DNA from: Macrostomum hystrix
Lineage: Eukaryota > Animalia > Platyhelminthes
DNA length: 64,000 nt
Assembly: GCA_950097015.1 (NCBI GenBank)
Contig: CATNEN010000002.1
Span: 2,852,001-2,916,000 of the forward strand
Direction of reading: 5' to 3'
Within the stretch, counting starts at the first letter, position 1; each line of letters starts with the position of its first letter. This document shows positions 46,115 through 55,262 of the stretch, piece after piece. A program made the position numbers and the translations under genes. The notes under the pieces were generated by a model that searched no databases, was not told the DNA's origin, and worked only from the letters and a program-made list of their open reading frames with translations.

Positions 46115-46831
46115 TTTTTTTATAGTAGAATTAGATTTCTTTACAATGCATCCCTTCCATTCCTTTCCCTGTCCATCAATGTATTTAACTTCATCACCAC
46201 CACTTGGTGTGCTTGAAAAAAATTTTAGATCACTGACACACATAGTGTGTTGAACCATCAGACTTGTCAAACCAATCAATAAGAATTTGTTTTCCAAAAT
46301 GTGACTTTCGAGTTACAGCATTCTTTATATGGATAGCGGCAAAAGAAGCCTGAAAAAATGTAACTTGTTTGAGTTAAAAGTGTCACCATAAAAATGAAAG
46401 TGAAGCAAAATGTAAAATTATTTATCAATATTAACTCAATATTTTAATGGTTACTTATATGTATAAAAAATAATGAAGTAACTGTGTTTATTAATAATAA
46501 TATAAATGTTTAACTACTTTGAATACTTTCCCCCCAGCGAAAAGTATATAATACTTTTTCATCTTTGAATACTTTAAATATTTCTGATAAGTGATAATAC
46601 ATATTTTATATGTATAAATAATTGTACAACAGTAATTAAAGATTTGTATATATTTGTAAAATCTATTAATATTTGGCTATTTGAAAAGCTAGGTTAGACC
46701 ATGCAAAGTACAAAATATAACACCTTTGTTTATAAACTAAACAAATTTATACATTTATACCTATACAAAGTTATACATTAATATATTAAAATAAAAGCAA
46801 CCCATATAGGTAGCATTTGCAGTGTCATATT

Positions 46832-47503
46832 CTGGGTTTTTTTCTGCCATAGTTATGCCATGGCATCCTAGGTTTGGAATTTTGGAAATGGCATCCTAAA
46901 ATTTGAGCCCACTGCCATTTTGGCATCCAGATTTTTTGGGATAACCAAAGACATGCCAATGCCAAAACACAAGGACAGAGCTGTTTGCTCCGCTCGCCAC
47001 CCAAAAGCTTCTAGCTTGCTCCGCTTGCCACCCAAAAGCTTCTAGCTCACTCCACTCGCCACCCAAAAGCTTCTAGCTCGCCTTTGTTGCTGCCCACAAA
47101 AAGCTCAGCTTTCTTTAATGACAAAACAGGAAATTACATGTTAATTTGTTTTTCAGGCTAAAGCGGAAATTGTGTTGCTGAATTTCTTCATCCCCCTCCC
47201 ACTAATTTGCCCCTGCCGATGCCCCTGTTATCCATGGTGGACAGGGTCATATGCTACATATACTCAGGAACAGCCTTAAGTTTGAATTAAAACCTGTGAA
47301 TTTGCCACCAAAACTGACTGGACATCTGGGCTAGTGCCATTCTAACAACTGTAAGGGGGACCATTACAATTTTTTCTTTAAAAATGTTCCCAAAAGTTGT
47401 AATGGTCCCCCTTACAACATCTGGCATCCTTGTTTTCAATTTGGCATCCAGTTTTAGAACTTGGATGCCAAATGGCATTCTGCTTTAAAAATAAAAAACC
47501 CTA
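46832..47503. mobile_element. 672-bp hAT-type MITE
   Basis: 8-bp TSD GTCATATT at 46824-46831 and 47504-47511. Termini CTGGGTTTTTT / AAAAAACCCTA. Subterminal TGGCATCC repeats and an internal ~27-30-bp tandem near 46988-47080. Confidence 0.8.
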
Positions 47504-49848
47504 GTCATATTACCAACATTATATTATCAACAAAATAGTCATTTAACATGACCATGCAAAATTGTACTAGCCAAATGGCATGGTCTTTAAATTAATTATG
47601 CCATCTTAAGCATTTAAAAAACATAACAATAAACTTAATTTGGGTATGACAAGCTATTTCATGCACTGAATACAACTGTTTGATACAATGCAATAAACAA
47701 TTCATAGTAACTAGATTTTAAGTAAAAAAGTAAATTAAGTAAATTAATAGGAAGTAAAAATGAATTATATTCTTAGGAAGTCAAGTCATGAAATAAACTC
47801 AATCCTCAATCTTAATAATAATCAGCAGGAATTATATTTTTAGGAAGTCAAGTCATAAATTAAACTCAATCATCAATCTTAATCATCAGCAGGTTTATAA
47901 ACAGAGTGGCAAAAATGATAGAAATTTACCATAGTTTACCATGCACATTGCTTTATAAACTTGTGAGTTTAACTAATGAGTTTAACTTAAAAGGTAAAAA
48001 TAAAATTCTGACCAGGTATTCTAATAAAAAGAATGGCATATAAACTTTCTGGAGAAAACTGTCAAGGAAGGATTTTAATGTTCAGTGCCTAGAGATAATA
48101 GTAATGTGCTAATTACTATTATAAAAAATAATAGCAGCATCTTACAACAAATTTAGACTCAATACTTCGACTTCCTAGATATAATATATCAAAAAATGCC
48201 ACAATGTGGCTACTATATCTAATGATTGTGATAATAACATACAATGGATGATATATTCAACTGAATAGATATATGTATACTAATTAATGTAAAGTATTGT
48301 AAGCATTTAAAGTATTCAATAATTAAATAAAGCACAAAGTTTCAACCACAAAAAAACGCATCAATGGAATGTAAAACGGGGAGTAAATTTAACGTCAATA
48401 CAATATTACTAAGACTGCTTGAATTGTTTTATGAATTGAAATATCGTGAGATGAAATTTCGTGAAGTACCGCGTGTTCCTGCAATATTTTCGCACTAATG
48501 AGCTACTTTCCACTTTAGGCAATATTTTCAAAAAATACGATTTCTTTAAAATCGCATGCCTACAAATACTTATATTGCACAGGGTGCAGCAACAGCTTTA
48601 GCTGACTCACATATTGTGAAATGAGCTAATTTAATTTTAGGCAAAAATTTTCAACTTAGGCGATTTTTTCAATATAGGCAATAATTTCCACTATAGGCAA
48701 TGAACCAGTAATCTAGGAATGTATCCTAGGAAACAAAGAGGCTGATATGTGGCCTTTTGTAAACTCAGTTTAATTCAACAACTATTGCTAGAAAAAAATA
48801 ACTCTGTCTAGTAGACTCTGACCGGGACCCGATCCCAACTCCCGAAAACTTGGGAGTCGGGCTTTTTTTCACCATTCCCGACAACTCGGGAGTGAGACTC
48901 GAGAGTTGGGAAAGGTTGGGCGGGAGTGAGTGCAAGAAAGAAGAAAATGCAAGGAAGAAGAAAGAGAAGAGGGATTAGACAGAATATTAGTAAAGAGAAA
49001 ATTACGAAGTTGGAAGAGTGTACATGTAGGAACCAGAAACTGAAAGTATAAAAAGTAGATTCAATCATTTGTAGAAATAAACACCAGGCTAATTCCATGA
49101 GATGACGGTCGTTGTGTTGGTGTACATAATAATAATTATTTGTACCAAAGACAAACTAACTCGAGACTTTTTATGTTCTATATTCATGGGTGTGACCTCT
49201 AGATTAAGATAATATTCATTTTAAAGTAATTTTATTTACTGTGTTAATGTAGCGGACAGAAACTTTCAATGATGGTCGTTTTTGGTGAAAGTTGACAGAT
49301 TCAAATTCAAGAAGTTCAAGATTCCTGCGAATCAGGCAAGTTTTTGTCTCCATCAATCATTTGTTGTAGTAAACAATAGCTAGATAAACAGTTATAAACA
49401 AATTTCACATGTTAGTAGCCAGTTCTAAGTGTGTTGCATGCATTTTCTTAGAAGACAGTTGTTGGACTGATGGTCGTTTGTTTCAAAAAACGACTATTAT
49501 TTTTTAAAACCACATAAGGAATGTCTCTATTTTGGATAATATCGTGGTTTTAAGTTTGTTTATAACTAATATTAGTTCTAATACAAATATTTAATGCTTT
49601 TCTAACCATAAAATTTATTACACTAATCTCTCATTTGAGATCAAACCATTATGTACTTGTACCTTCAACAGAACATTAAACTTCAAGATTGCCTGACTCG
49701 ATAATCATAAAGGTGGCTAATCAGTTGATAGAAGGAATTGTGCATAAAACAATTAACAAAAAGATAATATGACTTAACAAAAAAGATAGTTTGATTGGCC
49801 ATTAGCAGACTAAGCACCAATGGATAGTAAAAACGTCCTTAAAGCAGT

Positions 49849-52251
49849 TTAACAATTAAAAAATTTAAAATGGCCACGCGAGTCGGCAGGAACAGGGGGC
49901 TGCAAAATGGAGATGATGTCTTCGGCAGCGTAATAGATTGAGTTCTTTTTTCGAGGCCATGTGAAGCTTCCACCACTCTTCACCATCACATTAACTTTCC
50001 ACTCCATTTCTGGCCCAGATTTGATCTCCTCAACTTGGCCTGGAAATGACTCTCCGAAATAGTTTACAAGGGCCCAGCAGCCAATGGTGAGTTGCAAAGC
50101 AATGGAACCCGGCTGAACAGGAGGCAGGTCCACTGTTTTAGGCCTGGTGCCTGCTGAACTGGCTGCTGCAGGGTTTCGGTGGCGGTACAGGGCTGAGTGA
50201 AGTTTCGGCCACCCCTGACAGCGCATAGCCTATTGCACGCGGAGCTGAAGATGCAGCTACCCAGCAGTGCAGCTTTTTTAGGCCAGGAATCTGTTAGCAG
50301 AATTGAGGATGGACTTTTAGTAAATTCAATCTGCTTTTGTGCTACCGAGTTCCAATATTATTTATTTCAATTTACCTCAGGAGCGGCCAGAAGAGCTGGT
50401 TGAAATCAATCAGCATACTCCTGCTCGATGTCACACTTTTTAATTAGGTGACAGTCAATTTCACACCTCTTAACTACCCGAACGAAGTCATCAGCGTCCT
50501 GGACGATAGCGTTTCGAGTTTTTACTTCGCGCCAGGCAAAGCGCTTCAGAGTTCCACCGAGGCCATCAATAGCCCCCTTGCCATGAGAGGTGGCGAAGAA
50601 CTCCCATGACAGCTCGGCAAGCTCGAACTCGCGGCATGCCAATTCAGTAAAGTGGAACATGAACTTGTTCTTAAATTGGCTCGCAGGGCCGTCGCTCCAG
50701 AACTGGACCCGGTGGCCTGGTGTAGAAAACCTCTGGATAATTTGAGAAATTTGTGTTACTAATAGTGTTGTGTGGCACTAAAAGGGTTAAAAATGTTTTC
50801 AAGGAGTTTTTCAGTCATCGTATTACCCGAAGTAGGTAGGGCAAAAACACCGAAACTGTTGACTTAGTGTGCTCGGTTGAGTCGCTCACCAAGGCCAACA
50901 TAATAGAGCACGACTTGCGATAGAAAGCAACGGTGAATATCGTCACCTGATTTTGGCACCAGTATGCTTGCTGTGTTGCATCCTGGTGCGCGCAGGTATA
51001 GTTTTCGCTGAAGTCGAAGTGAATAATTTGCTCGTCTTCAGCAAGAGCAGCCTTCCGATCGCGAAAAGCGGCCGACTTGTGGACTCTGGTCCTCTCGTGG
51101 ACAACAAATTTGGGCAGCAATCACAGCAGGAGCTTGTGAGCCGTGTTCACTGTGACGGCACGTGCATCTCGCTCCATTCGCTGCGACTGTTCGTTGTGCT
51201 GCCAGAAGCAGAAGGTGACCCCATCCTCGAGAACATCAGTGTCGGGATTAGGGATTCGATGATTTTCTAAAATGCTGCACGCATCACACAAGCCAACGGC
51301 GCACCGTGGGGTGGGAGGATTGCAGAAAATAACTGTGGTTAGCCAATCTGTTGAATAGGCTGGTAGGCTAGTGACCTGCGAGAGCGCATTGCAGACGCTG
51401 GAAAATGCAGTCGTTACAAGATAATTAAACTACGCTATTTTCATTCTTTTCATTCACTAGCAAATTAGCAATTCAAGCTGTAGAGTTACCTTCTAAAATT
51501 CTCGTGTTCGAGGCAACAGCACGAATAGACTGGCGTGTTGCCGAAAGGCACAACATATTTCGGGCGCAGCTCACATAGCTTTGACAGCGATAAGCTGTTT
51601 CCCGTTTCGCCAATAAACAGGTTTTGCACCTCCTTAAGGCTCATTAAGAGATAACGCCTCTGTATAGACTCATTATGGACACGCACATAGTCCTTCCGAC
51701 CAGGAGAACATTGGGAAATGTCATCCCTGAGGAAGAAATTTGTGATGTCCATAATGACCTCGTCAGGTAGGTGGCACCTCACAATGGCTTTTGGGAGTGG
51801 CAGGCTATTTTCTTGCACAAGGCGCATCAGAATCGTCTGTCGCCTGGCTGGGGTCTTCGGGAGTGCATCGCGAGCCCTGTGATTAAAAAACGTAGGTAGA
51901 CGAACGAACATAATGTAGTTTTCAGACTAAGAAAACGCAATAAATTTAACCAAGAAAAAATATGATGTTTAAATTAGAGCTGACTATATTTAAACTTACT
52001 TGTTCAATGCACGAGAAGTCGCCTGCTTCGATCTATAGGCCTCTTCTGGTTCAGCAGCATCAGCAGCAACCTTCCGGCGGGCACACCAGGCCTGGTAGCG
52101 CAACCTGGCCTGGTCACGCTCCTTGTTTTTTTTCGCCTCTGACTTTAGCTGCTTTCGATGGTTGGCACTTCGCAGCCGCTCCTTTTCTTTTAAAGTTGCA
52201 GCATGTTTCATGCGATAGTTTTTGCTATTTATCGCCTGGCTTTTTTAGGGC
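49849..52251 (-). pseudogene. Five-exon DDE transposase (Sola2-like, tentative), recently inactivated
   Basis: Exons ~52251-52000, 51876-51490, 51397-50827, 50732-50376, 50290-49849 with GT-AG and consistent phases. Motifs: LPKTPARR, DFSENY, QVTIF, WSDGPASQFKNK, FFATSHGKGAIDGLGGTLKR, IPGLKKLH. Premature TGA at 51121-51123 and 50406-50408, a probable TAA just after the start, and a frameshift in exon 5. Confidence 0.8.
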
Positions 52252-53476
52252 ATGGCATGGTAGGAATCGAGAGAATACCTGTTAAGTAGCTTTCTAATTT
52301 TGCTGAAGATTGGGGCATGCATTAATTGGGGCGTGCAGTGCAAAGTAAATGTAAAATTGCAAGGTGCATGGCTAGTAATTTGGACCAACTTTAATAGTAC
52401 ATGTCGAAATTTAATTTACAGGCATGCATTTAAAATAAGATGAAGTGAAGATCTATAATGTCAGTTTCTCTTGAAGGCTTGAATTCAAAGAACATGTATT
52501 GTCTTTAAAATTGACACGAACCTTTTACAAGAAAAATTGATTAAAAATACACAACTTGAGAGCAGTAATAATGTTTTCTGAATATATACAGGTTTTAAGA
52601 ATGCCAGGAAATGATGGTCGTTGTGTAACTTTGCAGGTTTTTTTTAAGCATATTGTTGTACCTGTGGTAGCGTGGCACACAATTGGTAAAATGACCAAGA
52701 CAGGAACTGGATCCTAAGAGGATTTTATACCGGCCTCAACACTGTTGCCTCTTCGCAGTGGAGCAACCTGGTAGTCAGGCTTAGATTACCTAGTTTCCTG
52801 GGATATCTAGTAGAGAGTCTATGTCTTACTTGATTTCTGTGACTTAGCCGCAAGCGGACTAGAGAGCTTGTGCTTCAAAATGCGCTTTCTAGTCTAGCTC
52901 TGTCAAGAGATTTGCTAACTTCACAGAAGTCGTTGAGTAGCAAGATGCAATAGGATGCAAAAGCATGAAGAACTGGAGACGGAAAAGTGCCATGAATATA
53001 AAGAAATAGTGCTACCACGATACTAACACCATCTCAAGGATTCGTCGGACTGTGCCCTACTTATCGTAGGAGCATTTGAGCGCTATTCTGCCAGTCTTCT
53101 TCCGAACTAATGCGATTGCACCATGGTGTGCAATGTGACTCAGTGCGCAGACAGAGCTGGAACGAAAGAGAGAAAGCGGAGGGGGTGGCGAGCGGAGGTG
53201 ACAGTGCACGGGAAACACTAACTACCTACACCCCAGCCCTCCCACAGACCTAGAACAGCCTGACTCACAGATTGCCTGGAGGCTGCTCAGCAGTCTACAG
53301 CACATCATTCTCCTCCAGCTAAAGGATGACGGTCAACACCGGCTGGCCGTCAGCCGCACTTAATCAAAATTCACGTAAGTACTTTTCCTTTATTATTCAC
53401 TTCGTTTTCTTCTTTCTTTCCAAACACCAAATTACCAACTTCTTTTTTTTGAAAAACACCGACAACATAATCATGG

Positions 53477-54633
53477 TGTGATATTTTGACTTAGGTCTCT
53501 CTTTACGTTGAGATTCCTAAATGAGGTCGGGTGTCCTACTCTTTGTGAGAGATTCCCTTTTCGCAACTCGAAAATAACGAAGACAAGACGATTCAAATCC
53601 CAAGCTAAACAGCTGATATTTAAGTGTTAATTAGTAAATAAGAGAAAGCTATGATCACTGATCAATTCCCCTGGCAGCGCTCTTTTCGTCCCCTGCCAGG
53701 TACTGTACTTAATTCAATCCAATTCACAATTCGCACTAACAAAATCTCGATAACCGCAACACAAAACACGAACTCTACTCGATAATACGACACGATAAAC
53801 AACACAAATAAATCCTAGACAAAAAGATAGTCCCTATAACAAACAAGACAAATAACGCGAAACCTAACCAAAATCCCTAACATAAAACCGAGGCGACCAG
53901 CAAGCACTTCTGCACTATGGCACAACGATAGTTCTATCGTGCCACACCTAATGTCTGTTCGACGGCGTCCCACCGATGATTGTCGGCGATATGGAGAGTG
54001 CTTCCGTGCTTGCCAATCCCTATCTAACACTCCGTCAGCAGTTGGCCAGACGTACCGAGCTCAGCGCAAGCTACTTACTGACGTGGGGTTGAGTGTGGGG
54101 GTTTTCTTTGACTAACTAGTTGGACCGGTTTACCTGTCCCGGTATCTATTTACTAGGATGCGTAACACGAATGAGAACAATATCAAGATCAAGAGCAAGA
54201 GCAAGGTCGAACGCGAGACCAGAATCACATGAGAACAATATTTCAGCGCAATAGTCAGTTTTATAGTCAAGCGCCCGCCCCAGCCCTCATCAAAGCCTGG
54301 GTGCCGGCCGCGCCGCTTGTTCTTCTGCCAGGTCGACCCTGCCGGTTAACGAACCGGCTGCTGATTGGCCCGGCTCGGGGTGTCGCACTTAAGTCGGTTC
54401 ACTTCAATCGGCTAGCCGTCCTCCCATTGGTTGGGCCCACCAGACCAGGGCTAGTCTGATGCCTTGGCTGTAGAGCAGGGGTGACCGGCCGGTCGCGTGT
54501 TAGGCCTGGCTGGGGTGCGCATGTACAAACAACTAACCTATCAGATACATTAAAATAATTCATAATATTGACGTGCGCGAATAAGTTACTACAAGTAGAA
54601 ATATACGCATTATAAAAACATGCCGACACTACA
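53477..54633 (-). repeat. Gypsy 3' LTR
   Basis: Direct repeat of 61709-62865; no difference seen in the stretches compared by eye. Confidence 0.97.
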
Positions 54634-55262
54634 CTCCCCCCTCCTAAAAGAAGTGGAGTGCGAACAAAACAGAAAATAAGGGACACAAGACTCGATACCT
54701 AAATAAACTGGAAACCGAGATTTAACAGAAAACGAAAATTTTCAACTCCTCTGGGGGACACCTCCTCCCCCCTCCTAAAAGAATAGGAGCTGGTTTAACG
54801 CGAAAAAGAAAATTTTACGCTATCTATAATCGTATTAAAGAAACAATACAGAAAGCAAAGGTTGTCCAAAGCACAATGTTTTGACTAACGCTTGTATTCC
54901 TTCGTCGCCGAAAAGGTACAATTTCAAAAAAATTTAGATTAATAATAACAGAACTAAAGCATATTAAGGTTTGCTTAAAGAATTCCATTAGATTTAAATT
55001 CAAAATACAAAATTCTGCAACTTGTCATCAAAATTTTACGATTAACTACAAAAGGAACAATAGAATGATCAGTTTAACAGCAAATTTAACAATTCGACCT
55101 TCAAAATTCAACACTTGATTACAAAATTTCAATCAATATTCATGCTTTTTCAGCGCAAAGTTTCTGACATTATAATTTAATTTGCAAGAAATATACTACT
55201 CTTAAAAGTATATCACACACTTCCGCAAGGAAAATCTGTACGATTCACGGACTCAACAATTT

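Larger units (their letters stand above)
38890..46349 (-). pseudogene. Large interrupted gene (~1,400 aa once the RTE is removed): two copies of an unknown domain, 17-aa repeats, C2H2 fingers, tyrosine recombinase, 15-aa repeats, C-terminal helical domain
   Basis: ORFs 46034-46297, 42427-42906, 41481-42419, 40891-41484, 39904-40872 and 38890-39822 join into one frame. The joins require removing the RTE, three small indels in simple runs, and reading through in-frame TAA at 40891-40893 and 39904-39906. A splice acceptor lies at 46350/46349. Confidence 0.75.

Noticed and set aside
47763-47892. Two ~65-bp direct copies with an inverted partial copy near 48160-48190
   Set aside because: Small local duplication in AT-rich DNA with no further structure.
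53315-53380. Possible plus-strand exon ending in a GTAAGT donor, pairing with an acceptor at 63960
   Set aside because: The only open frame does not match the phase needed for the downstream DFYALIRKEEVTE frame; too little evidence within the window.
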